Positions 37,738-48,158 of a stretch of 61,409 bases of DNA are shown piece by piece. This stretch comes from Candidatus Kerfeldbacteria bacterium CG08_land_8_20_14_0_20_40_16. Its GTDB lineage: Bacteria > Patescibacteriota > Patescibacteriia > UM-FILTER-42-10. The stretch covers positions 1-61,409 of the forward strand of contig PEXU01000049.1 in assembly GCA_002774635.1 (NCBI GenBank), given 5' to 3'. Position 1 is the stretch's first letter. Each line of letters opens with the position of its first letter. The notes beneath the pieces are model-generated. The model saw only the letters and a program-made list of their open reading frames with translations. It was not told the origin of the DNA and searched no databases. Position numbers and translations under genes: made by a program.

Positions 37738-38128
37738 TGGTCGGGGATACTGGACCCCGTACCACTTTCACTTCGTTCAAGTGTACGGGGCAGGCTTGTC
37801 CCACTTTAGCGGGATGCCGCCTTCTTTGTATTTTCTCATTAAGGTGGCGGCAAACCGGCGGCCTTCCCGCTTCGCGGGACAGGCACGCACCCTTCTCACA
37901 TCTGGTCGGGGATGCCGGACTTGAACCGGCGGCCTCATGCACCCCATGCATGCGCGCTAGCCAACTGCGCCAATCCCCGGACCAGATGTGAGAATGTACT
38001 AAAGGCATCTTACAGTAGCGCCTTTACCCGCCGAATCCGCTAAACGGCGGAGTAGGCGGGCCATGCATGCGCGCTAGCCCCGCCTGCAATGCCTGGCACT
38101 GGCGGGCAGGCAACTGCGCCAATCCCCG
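37738..38128 (-). pseudogene. tRNA-Pro-derived outer copy split by four insertions (D-loop, anticodon loop, after the anticodon stem, T-loop). Could be a decayed gene or a multi-intron precursor.
   Basis: After removing the inserts, the 5' 36 nt are identical to the inner tRNA-Pro. The 3' pieces are GGGTGCGTG, AGGCCGCCGGTT and GTCCAGTATCCCCGACCA, which differ from the inner copy at 3 positions in total. Confidence 0.5.
37903..37979 (-). tRNA. tRNA-Pro(GGG)
   Basis: Hand fold: CGGGGAT TG GCGC AGTTGGCTA GCGC G CATGC ATGGGGT GCATG AGGCC GCCGG TTCAAGT CCGGC ATCCCCG ACCA. Confidence 0.9.
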
Positions 38129-38269
38129 ACGTTCATAATATATAGTAAAACCGGGATCTAGACAAATGAAAAAGTTTATAACAAGATCAATTTCTTTTCA
38201 GAAGTATCCGAGTGTTTCAAAACTCGCATAATAAATGCCGGCAAAACTTGCCGGCTGATTTTTTAACTC

Positions 38270-38677
38270 TTATTCCCGTCTCAACCAACTGATTGCTTCT
38301 TTCTGATTGATAAAATCATTTACTTTTTTCTTTCCGGCTAAAGTAAATAAACTCTTTGCTATCGATACATGAAAGTGACTGGTACCAGCGATAGCGATTT
38401 TATTAATTCTATTATGATGCAATAAATTCACGTAGATCCCTCTTGCTTTTGAAGAAGGGGGAACTTTGAGTGTTTTTAAGGACGTTAGGTCAAGTAAAAC
38501 ATTTACAGTTTTAGAAGGGTTCTGATTAAAAATATTTTCCACGGCGCTCGTGATCAGCTTAGCCACAAGGACACTTTCTTCTTTATCGGAAGATTCATTA
38601 AATATAGTTAAATTAAGTATTCCGTTTTCATCCCAAAACAGTTTAAAGGTTTTCCGGATCTCTTCTTCAGATTTCAT
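38270..38677 (-). CDS. hypothetical protein, possibly STAS/SpoIIAA-like fold
   Basis: 135-aa ORF. Only weak resemblance by eye. Confidence 0.4.
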   Translation of the reverse strand: MKSEEEIRKTFKLFWDENGILNLTIFNESSDKEESVLVAKLITSAVENIFNQNPSKTVNVLLDLTSLKTLKVPPSSKARGIYVNLLHHNRINKIAIAGTSHFHVSIAKSLFTLAGKKKVNDFINQKEAISWLRRE

Positions 38678-38963
38678 AAAGAAGAATAAAGAGTGTGAGG
38701 TTCTACCCTTCAGAATCAGCTAATCGCACTGGGTGGGTGCCTACCACTTTATCCCACGGAACGAAACAATATTAAGCTCCTAATGTGATAATCCTGCGAA
38801 CCGGATTAAATTGATTTTTAAAGAGTAGGGCACATCTAGTATATGCCAATATTTTTTTTCTGGCAATTGAAAAATAGAAAAAGCCCACTAAACATAACAG
38901 TTCAGTAGGTCTATTCTTAAGTTTGATTATTTGGTTGCTAAAAAGTAAAACTCAGAAAGCTGA

Positions 38964-39449
38964 TTAAGAAGCTCCGTCCATTTCTTGCCGTTCACTTTCA
39001 TCGTATACTGCTGGAAAATCAAGTTTTTGGTAGTTGAAAATCTCGTCTTCGTTGAAAAAACGGTAAATCTCTTTTTCGGCGGTTTCTTTGGAATCAGAGG
39101 CGTGCACAATATTATGGCCCTTACTCATTGAAAAATCTCCTCTAATGCTTCCGGCATCCGCTTCTCGGCCAGTGGTAGGCCCGACAATCAGCCGGACAGC
39201 ATTGATTGCACTATGTCCTTCTAGTACCATTACCGCTACGGGCGAGGATTGCATAAATTTTTTTAAATCTTCAAAAAACGGCTTGTCTTTATGATGATCG
39301 TAATGTTCAGCAATTAATGTATCATCAATGGAAAACATTTTTAACCCGATGATTTTCAACCCTTTTCTTTCAAAACGGGTAATTACCTCGCCTAATAAAT
39401 TTCTTTGTAGGGCATCAGGTTTGATAATAATTAGAGTTCTTTCTTTCAT
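38964..39449 (-). CDS. ndk: nucleoside diphosphate kinase
   Basis: ERTLIIIKPDALQRNLLGEVITRFERKG, and NIVHASDS with the catalytic His. Confidence 0.95.
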   Translation of the reverse strand: MKERTLIIIKPDALQRNLLGEVITRFERKGLKIIGLKMFSIDDTLIAEHYDHHKDKPFFEDLKKFMQSSPVAVMVLEGHSAINAVRLIVGPTTGREADAGSIRGDFSMSKGHNIVHASDSKETAEKEIYRFFNEDEIFNYQKLDFPAVYDESERQEMDGAS

Positions 39450-39836
39450 TTATTTTCCTTTGTTCTTTAATAATTCCCTTACTTTTTCCACTACTTCGCT
39501 GGGAGTATGGTTGGCCTTAACAAAATAATCATCAGCCCCCAGCGCTTTACCCTTTTGAATGTCCTGGTCTTGCCCCAAGTTAGTTAACAGAATAACGGGC
39601 GTATCTTTAATACTGGCATCGCTTCGGATCTCTTTTAAGGTGGCAAAACCGTCCAGTTTGGGAAGAATGATATCCAGTAGAATCAAATCGGGTTTGTTTT
39701 CTTTGGCCATCTTCAGGCCGTCCGATCCGTTTTCCGCGGTGATGATATCGTATCCTTCCCGGTTGAATTTCGAGGAATACATCTCTAACAGCATTTTATC
39801 ATCTTCAATTAGAAGAATTTTTTGTTTGCTGTTCAT
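39450..39836 (-). CDS. stand-alone response-regulator receiver domain (CheY-like)
   Basis: ILLIEDD...DLILLDIILPKLDG...LTNL...K. Confidence 0.85.
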   Translation of the reverse strand: MNSKQKILLIEDDKMLLEMYSSKFNREGYDIITAENGSDGLKMAKENKPDLILLDIILPKLDGFATLKEIRSDASIKDTPVILLTNLGQDQDIQKGKALGADDYFVKANHTPSEVVEKVRELLKNKGK

Positions 39837-39936
39837 AAATAATATTTGATTTTACTAAATTATTAATTATCCTCCCTATCCTTACCTATAACACAATCCG
39901 CTAAAATTGGCAAAAAAACCCCTTTTCATTTCCCCC

Positions 39937-41415
39937 TTATAAAGGGGGAGAAAGAGAGGGGGTGAAATGCCAATCTGTCGCCTGTTCATATTGATAAGCC
40001 ACGTTTAGAATCTGACTTTCCGCAAATGGTTTTCCGATTAGCTGAATCCCTACTGGCAACTGGTTGGCCATCCCGCAAGGAATGGAAATAGCAGGGATAC
40101 CTCCCATATTGGCGGAAACGGTATAAATATCGGAAAGATACATTGTTAAAGGATTATCCAGTTTTTCCCCCAAGCGAAAAGCAACCGTAGGGGTAGTAGG
40201 AGTAGCTAAAAGATCTACTTTTTGGAAAACTTCTTTAAAATCTTTTGCTACCAGCGTTTTTACTTTTTGGGCCCTAAGATAATAGGCATCATAGTAGCCG
40301 CTGGAAAGACTGTAGGTTCCAATCATTATCCTTCTTTTCACTTCGTCGCCGAACCCATTAGCCCGCGACCGGCTATAGACTGAAAATAGATTTTTTACTG
40401 CTTCTTCTTTGCCTAAAGCGGAATATCCGTAGCGAATGCCATCATAACGAGCTAAATTAGCGCTGGCTTCAGCCGGCAGAATAATGTAATACGCTGCTAA
40501 GGCATAATTAGTATAAGGAAGGCTTACTTCTTGTATCTGGGCACCTAATTCTTTCAGCTTATCAATCGCTGCCCTCACTAATTTTTCTACTTCTTTATCT
40601 ATTCCTTTAATGAAATATTCTTTCGGTATCCCGATCTTAATTCCTTTAATTTCTTTTGCTAATTCCTTCGTGTAATCAGGAACGACTTCAGAAGCAGAAG
40701 TGGAATCAAAAGCATCTTTACCCGCAATCTGGTTTAGTACTAAAGCCGCATCTTCCACGGTTTTGGTAATAGGACCAATTTGATCAAAAGAAGAAGCAAG
40801 GGCAATCAAACCGTAGCGAGAAACCCTTCCGTAAGTGGGCTTTAATCCTACTACTCCACAAAAGGCCGCGGGCTGACGAACTGAACCGCCAGTATCAGAA
40901 CCTAGGGCAAAAATGCATTCGTCCGCTGCTACTGCCGCGGCCGAACCACCGGAAGAGCCGCCGGGCACTCGGGAAAGATCCCAAGGATTATTTGTTTTCT
41001 GAAACGCGGAATTTTCAGTGGAAGCGCCCATGGCAAATTCATCTAAATTGGTCTTGCCCAGCAATACCATGCCTGCTTTTTTGAGCTTTTTGGTCACAGT
41101 GGCATCATAGCTGGCCTGATAATCTTTTAAAATCTTAGAACCAGCCGTTGTTTTTATTCCCTTGGTTAAAATATTATCCTTCACCGCTACAGGAATACCC
41201 ATTAAAGGAGAATAATATTCTCCTTTTTGGATCTTATGATCAATTTCTTTAGCCGTTTTTAAAGCGGTTTCTTTTTCCACGTCCAAAAAAGCTGATATTT
41301 TTTCATCAATTTGATCAATTCTTTTTAAAAAAGCTTTAGTTAATTCTAACGAAGAAAATTCCCTATCTTTTATTTTTTGGGCCGCTTCTTTTAAGGTTAG
41401 CTCAAATAGTTCCAT
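39937..41415 (-). CDS. gatA: Glu-tRNA(Gln)/Asp-tRNA(Asn) amidotransferase subunit A
   Basis: Amidase signature GGSSGGSAAAVAA...GSDTGGSVRQPA. Confidence 0.95.
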   Translation of the reverse strand: MELFELTLKEAAQKIKDREFSSLELTKAFLKRIDQIDEKISAFLDVEKETALKTAKEIDHKIQKGEYYSPLMGIPVAVKDNILTKGIKTTAGSKILKDYQASYDATVTKKLKKAGMVLLGKTNLDEFAMGASTENSAFQKTNNPWDLSRVPGGSSGGSAAAVAADECIFALGSDTGGSVRQPAAFCGVVGLKPTYGRVSRYGLIALASSFDQIGPITKTVEDAALVLNQIAGKDAFDSTSASEVVPDYTKELAKEIKGIKIGIPKEYFIKGIDKEVEKLVRAAIDKLKELGAQIQEVSLPYTNYALAAYYIILPAEASANLARYDGIRYGYSALGKEEAVKNLFSVYSRSRANGFGDEVKRRIMIGTYSLSSGYYDAYYLRAQKVKTLVAKDFKEVFQKVDLLATPTTPTVAFRLGEKLDNPLTMYLSDIYTVSANMGGIPAISIPCGMANQLPVGIQLIGKPFAESQILNVAYQYEQATDWHFTPSLSPPL

Positions 41416-41418
41416 GAT

Positions 41419-41703
41419 TTATTTCAAAACCGCTTTAACTTTAAAATGTCCGTTTTTTTGTTTGGGCGCCTGATTCAGAAGTTCCTGATACTTGGCATAC
41501 TGTTCAACTTTATCTTCCCGAAATACATTTAATTCTAGAACGGTCGACCACGGCAAGATTTGTTTCACGTCCACTTCTTTTAATTTATTGACGTAATCGA
41601 TAATTAAAGACAACTGGTGCTGAAATTTTTTGATTTCTGCTAAAGACAGCTCTATTCGAGCAAGCTGGGCAATGTGGACTACTTCTTCTTTGCTTATTGA
41701 CAT
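41419..41703 (-). CDS. gatC: amidotransferase subunit C
   Basis: 94 aa, MSISKEEVVHIAQLARIEL, directly upstream of gatA. Confidence 0.9.
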   Translation of the reverse strand: MSISKEEVVHIAQLARIELSLAEIKKFQHQLSLIIDYVNKLKEVDVKQILPWSTVLELNVFREDKVEQYAKYQELLNQAPKQKNGHFKVKAVLK

Positions 41704-41757
41704 AACTATTAGTTATTATAAACCTTGCTATTTTTTTAGCCAAATTTGCCCGGCAGA

Positions 41758-43782
<2,025 letters not shown>

Positions 43783-43875
43783 TTAGCTTTTTAGGAAAAT
43801 AGCTTCTTAGCTTCTTAAGAGAGAGTTTAAAAAAACGTCTAAAAAGCTACTAGCCTAAGAAGCTACAATCTAATA

Positions 43876-44841
43876 TCACGGACTCCCCGGTATCTTCTTC
43901 AATTCCTTTTCGGTAAAAATAACGTAGTCAAAAAGACCGGAAGTGGGAATATGCCAAGGCATAGAAGCGTCTAAAGCCTGCTGACTGCGGCCAAACTTGC
44001 CAACTGTTTTTAGACTTAATCGGCTAGGAAGAGGAGAAAGGACGTGACCATCATCTGCCACTCTTACCTCTAAATCATCTATTTTATCATACAGGGCTTT
44101 TACCCGCACCTGATAATAAAAATATGTCGAGCCGGGGGGCAAAGGAAAAACATTTAGAGGAATAAAGGCACATTGCTTAACTCCGTCACTACTTGGACAA
44201 GTAGCAGAACCACCAGGATAGGGTTCGTCATAATAAAGATCATGACTACTTAGTAGAACTTTCTCCACATTTTCGTAAGAATTAAGTCGGTTATCCCAAC
44301 CAGTCCAGCTGATTTCCACCCATTCGCTCCCGCTTCCGATACAGCAAGGTTCAATACCTCCACTACAAGGAACAGGATAATTTGGATCGTCCGATTCACA
44401 AGGATTATTATCCCAAGAAATCCATAAATAAAAAGGGTCGAAATACCAATCACTATAAAGATCAATCTGTTCTGACTCATTTTTGGCCAGAAAAAAGGTA
44501 TGATTTTCTTCTGTCCACCCTACTTTACTAGTTACTACTTCTAAGCCTGGGATGGAAAAATTTGTTTTAGTAAGAACTCGTAAAGCTCCGGCTGTCTCAC
44601 CAAGAGTTCTTCCATCACGACGGTAGGATTTTACTAAATAAAGGCCTTGTTCCATACCGCTTTCCGCGCCATAAAAAGCGCTGATGGAATTGTCTATGTT
44701 TTCCGCTCCTTGAATTAAATTAATAATCAAGGTGGCAAAACCAATCCCGGCCGCAGAAACACTGGCTAAAATCAAGAGTGACAAGAGCAGCGTTTGACCT
44801 TTTCGTTCTAATCTTATTTTTTTGAAATCATTTCTAATCAT
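43876..44841 (-). CDS. PilX-like minor pilin/pilus-associated protein
   Basis: The N-terminus ERKGQTLLLSLLILASV resembles the PilX N-terminal helix. Cys-rich globular part. Lies in the pilin operon. Confidence 0.5.
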   Translation of the reverse strand: MIRNDFKKIRLERKGQTLLLSLLILASVSAAGIGFATLIINLIQGAENIDNSISAFYGAESGMEQGLYLVKSYRRDGRTLGETAGALRVLTKTNFSIPGLEVVTSKVGWTEENHTFFLAKNESEQIDLYSDWYFDPFYLWISWDNNPCESDDPNYPVPCSGGIEPCCIGSGSEWVEISWTGWDNRLNSYENVEKVLLSSHDLYYDEPYPGGSATCPSSDGVKQCAFIPLNVFPLPPGSTYFYYQVRVKALYDKIDDLEVRVADDGHVLSPLPSRLSLKTVGKFGRSQQALDASMPWHIPTSGLFDYVIFTEKELKKIPGSP

Positions 44842-44843
44842 TT

Positions 44844-45734
44844 TTACCGACGATAAATCATTGAAGTAGAAGAAGTCTGCAGATTAACTTTTTCCTGTTC
44901 CGCGCCGCTGCCGGATTCAGTTTCTAATATTATTGTAACCATTGGCTGACTATCAGGGATGATGCAAAGATGATTAACACAATCTCTTGAATCGCAGTCA
45001 TCATCTTGAGTTTCTAGCGTACAACTATTTCTTACTGAAAAAGGGTTAGAGGCGGGAAAAATATAAAAGCGCAAGTCAGTTACTTTGACTTGGGTTGGAG
45101 TCACCATCTGCCAGTTGTTTTGAGGAGGATCAGAAGCTAAATCACAGCGGGTTAAATTCTCATGAGTATTGGAACATACTTCAATCTGCTCTTCGTTATT
45201 CAGCCGGTAAAAAATTTGATTATTTTCTTGATCTCTTGTTGCTAGAATGTAAGTTGGGTTAGTTAAATCAATTGAAAGACAGGAACCATCTAAACAATCA
45301 ATATCTTCAGTGCAAGGGTCTCCAGGGTTTTGAACCTCCGGACCCTGACAAACACCCTGGTAATATTCATAATCAATGGTGCCGTTCCTTATTTCCTTCA
45401 CCATCGCCTCTAAAACAAAGCGGGCATCGCTTTGAGCCACCTGCGTATTGCGAGTTTGGCGCTGTATCTTGGTTACGGTTAAAAATAAATCAACGGCCAT
45501 GACCGCGGTAGTAGAAAAAACAGCCAAGACTACTACCATTTCCATTAAAGTGAAGCCCGTTAGAAAATTCGGATGGTTGGGTCTAATCTGTTCAGAGATA
45601 AGTTTTTGATAGGGTTTAAAACTGCGCTTAAACTTAAATAAAAAATTTCCTAACCCTTTTAGAAGAGCAGAGCTTTCTAACGGGGTGAAGCCCGCTGATT
45701 TTTGTTTTAACACACTTTTCAGAAATTTTATCAT
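44844..45734 (-). CDS. type IV pilin-like protein (prepilin motif at residue about 59)
   Basis: LTG/FTLMEMVVVLAVFS class III signal. There is an unusually long 59-aa leader if the ATG at 45734 is used. Confidence 0.7.
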   Translation of the reverse strand: MIKFLKSVLKQKSAGFTPLESSALLKGLGNFLFKFKRSFKPYQKLISEQIRPNHPNFLTGFTLMEMVVVLAVFSTTAVMAVDLFLTVTKIQRQTRNTQVAQSDARFVLEAMVKEIRNGTIDYEYYQGVCQGPEVQNPGDPCTEDIDCLDGSCLSIDLTNPTYILATRDQENNQIFYRLNNEEQIEVCSNTHENLTRCDLASDPPQNNWQMVTPTQVKVTDLRFYIFPASNPFSVRNSCTLETQDDDCDSRDCVNHLCIIPDSQPMVTIILETESGSGAEQEKVNLQTSSTSMIYRR

Positions 45735-45747
45735 GTTAATTATTATG

Positions 45748-45831
45748 GTTATATTGTTTATTGTTATATTGTTATTTTTTAACTTCTGTACCTACAACCG
45801 TTCAACAATAAAACAATATAACAATCAACAA
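45748..45831. repeat. long AT-rich intercistronic hairpin between pilin genes
   Basis: ttatattgtttattgttatattgtt pairs with aacaataaaacaatataacaa (about 20 bp, one indel). Confidence 0.7.
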
Positions 45832-45834
45832 CGG

Positions 45835-46494
45835 TTACTTCCAATTATATAAATGTTCCTCAAACACCAGTGATTGCAAATTATCTTTTTCATACCATTT
45901 GACTTGAGAAAGAACCTGAATTCCGATTTTTTCATCTCCGGCATCACAAGTATGATCATCAGGATCAATATACTCATTACCGTCTTTATCCTGACAAATT
46001 TCATAAGTGGCAATAAGCCGGTAATAAGGCGTTGCTTCCCAATTGCCGGCCGGTGGAGAAGGATACTGGGCAAAGATACCATCACTGAAATAAATCCGGC
46101 AACTTTCATTATCCACACATTCCTCGATTGATGAACCACCATTAGGATAATCCAAAGTCCAACTAGAGGTACTAGCGTCAAAGCGCGCTATCGCGGTATA
46201 ATCATTACCATTTTTCAAACCCTGGTCCCACTGCGAGGAGGGAAGAGAACTAGATTCAATTTCTAACCAATTACTATCCCTTTTCTGCCGTACCACTTCT
46301 ATTCCTTCCCGAGCCAAATTAGTCGCTACAACCTGCATTTCACTAGCTTTACCTCCTCGGATAGTGGTTAAACTCAAAACCAGCGTACTGACCACTCCAA
46401 TTAGAATAACGCTAATCGCTACCACTAATTCGATCAGACTTTGACCAGACGATAAAGAAAAAAATATTTTCTTTAGTTTGTTGATCTTAACCAC
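45835..46494 (-). CDS. type IV pilin-like protein
   Basis: SSG/QSLIELVVAISVILIGVV prepilin-type N-terminus. GTG start. Confidence 0.7.
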   Translation of the reverse strand: MVKINKLKKIFFSLSSGQSLIELVVAISVILIGVVSTLVLSLTTIRGGKASEMQVVATNLAREGIEVVRQKRDSNWLEIESSSLPSSQWDQGLKNGNDYTAIARFDASTSSWTLDYPNGGSSIEECVDNESCRIYFSDGIFAQYPSPPAGNWEATPYYRLIATYEICQDKDGNEYIDPDDHTCDAGDEKIGIQVLSQVKWYEKDNLQSLVFEEHLYNWK

Positions 46495-46524
46495 AATATG
46501 ACAAAATTACTAGAGTTTATTATG

Positions 46525-47346
46525 TTAAGGGATAGGATATATATAAGAACCATAAGGATTACAGTCAGTAATAGAGTTATCACTGACTTGGCCAGAAAAT
46601 CCGTTAATGACAATTTCTCGGCATTTGTTTATCTCAATATGCTCTAATTTAATTTTTACCGTCTGATCAGAACGGGCAACGTCTTCCAATCCCGTATCAT
46701 GAAGATAAAAATAAGGAATGGGTTTAGGAGGACGGAAAGTTATATCCATTTTATAATTTTGAGGTTGGTGGACAAAAGAATAACCACCCACGGAAGACTG
46801 AATGTCAAATGATTTAATTACCACTTTCTCGGGTAAAGCATAGTTTTCGCCACCGGGCAGTCCAAAATCATAACAAGGTTCTACATAACATGGAAATCCT
46901 GGTTCAAATGCTCCTGCTAGGCCAGAAGAATCAACGAACAAGGTGTAAGAGGTTGGACATTCAGAACCCTCGCAAGAGGGGCTATCTCCTTCTTGAGTCG
47001 GTTCAATCGATATCCCATAACCTCCTTTGGGCACAGAATTCTCACAACTTTCTCCTTCTCCTTCACAATCTTCTTCGCTTTGACAAGGCTTACCCTTAGA
47101 AAAACCTGTACAAAGTTTAACTACTTGTCCCGACATTCCCAAGATTTGCACTTTTCTAAAATTGCTTGCTAACTCTAATGTTCCTCTCTTAAGTTCATCC
47201 ATTTTTTGTCCCTGCCGGAAGTTAGCTAATATAAGGGTGGCGATTAAAGCAAAAATAGCCAGGGTAACTAACATTTCTACCAGAGTGAATCCGTTCAACA
47301 AACCCTTGGTTTTTAATTTAATAATTTTAGCCGATTTAATCATCAT
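46525..47346 (-). CDS. type IV pilin-like protein
   Basis: LLNG/FTLVEMLVTLAIFALIA prepilin-type N-terminus. Confidence 0.8.
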   Translation of the reverse strand: MMIKSAKIIKLKTKGLLNGFTLVEMLVTLAIFALIATLILANFRQGQKMDELKRGTLELASNFRKVQILGMSGQVVKLCTGFSKGKPCQSEEDCEGEGESCENSVPKGGYGISIEPTQEGDSPSCEGSECPTSYTLFVDSSGLAGAFEPGFPCYVEPCYDFGLPGGENYALPEKVVIKSFDIQSSVGGYSFVHQPQNYKMDITFRPPKPIPYFYLHDTGLEDVARSDQTVKIKLEHIEINKCREIVINGFSGQVSDNSITDCNPYGSYIYPIP

Positions 47347-47405
47347 TCTTAGTTAATTATTAGTAATTCTTTATTCGCCTCCTAATTCAGTCTTCCTTCT
47401 CTCTT

Positions 47406-48158
47406 TCAGGTTAAAAAATCGAGATACCAATGAATAATTCCATCGCCAAAAAGAAGAACAACCATTGTGGCAAAAGAAATAAATATCCCCAAGGGAAGGA
47501 CATCTCCCCATTTTTTTCTTTTTAAACTAAGAAGGGCAATCGCTACCATGGCGCCGATTAAATAAGTAAGAAATAAAAGAAGCGAGATATTCGGCCAGCC
47601 GACCATAAAACCGCACATCAAACCTAGCCGCAAGTCTCCTCCGCCAATCCATTTTCCCTTGGATACTACAAATTGAATTAAAAAGAAACCTAACCCTATT
47701 ATACCACCAATCAACAGTTTAGTCAGTGACATTCCGATAATTAAGGAACCTAAAAAACCCAGTAAAATTGCCGGAATCGCTACCCCATCCAATACCAAAT
47801 AGTACTTTAAATCATAGACAAAAATCACTATCAGAAAAAATGAATAAAGGGAATAAATAAAAAATTTTAAGGATAATCCAAAATTAAGATAAAGGGCGAT
47901 AAATACAAGGGCAGTTGCTAATTCTACCAAAGGATACTGCCAAGATATTTTTTTTTGACAATAGCGGCATTTACCTTTTTGAATTAAAAAACTTACTACT
48001 GGAATAAGGTCGCGAACGGATAATTGGTGTCTGCACTTAGGACAATAAGAGCGTCCTTCTAGAAAACTTCGTTTTTGGTGTAGACGAAAAATAACAGAAT
48101 TTAGGAAACTGCCGATAATCAGACCGAAAAGAAAAATTATTATTGTATTCACCGTCAT
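47406..48158 (-). CDS. pilD: prepilin peptidase (A24 family)
   Basis: N-terminal CPKCRHQL...CRYC zinc motif and a polytopic A24 core with GGGD. Confidence 0.9.
   Translation of the reverse strand: MTVNTIIIFLFGLIIGSFLNSVIFRLHQKRSFLEGRSYCPKCRHQLSVRDLIPVVSFLIQKGKCRYCQKKISWQYPLVELATALVFIALYLNFGLSLKFFIYSLYSFFLIVIFVYDLKYYLVLDGVAIPAILLGFLGSLIIGMSLTKLLIGGIIGLGFFLIQFVVSKGKWIGGGDLRLGLMCGFMVGWPNISLLLFLTYLIGAMVAIALLSLKRKKWGDVLPLGIFISFATMVVLLFGDGIIHWYLDFLT

Noticed and set aside
37718-38008. ORFs of 96 aa (minus) and 84 aa (plus) over the tRNA-Pro locus
   Set aside because: They run straight through an intact tRNA gene and its GC hairpins, so they are artefacts of local GC richness.
38690-38770. Moderately GC-rich stretch in the 286-bp spacer upstream of ndk, containing GCTGATTCTGAAGGG on the minus strand (tmRNA-5'-like) and a GTGGG...CCCAC stem
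   Set aside because: There is no acceptor or T-arm partner, no CCA end and no tag frame. It is too short and weak to call an RNA gene from sequence alone.
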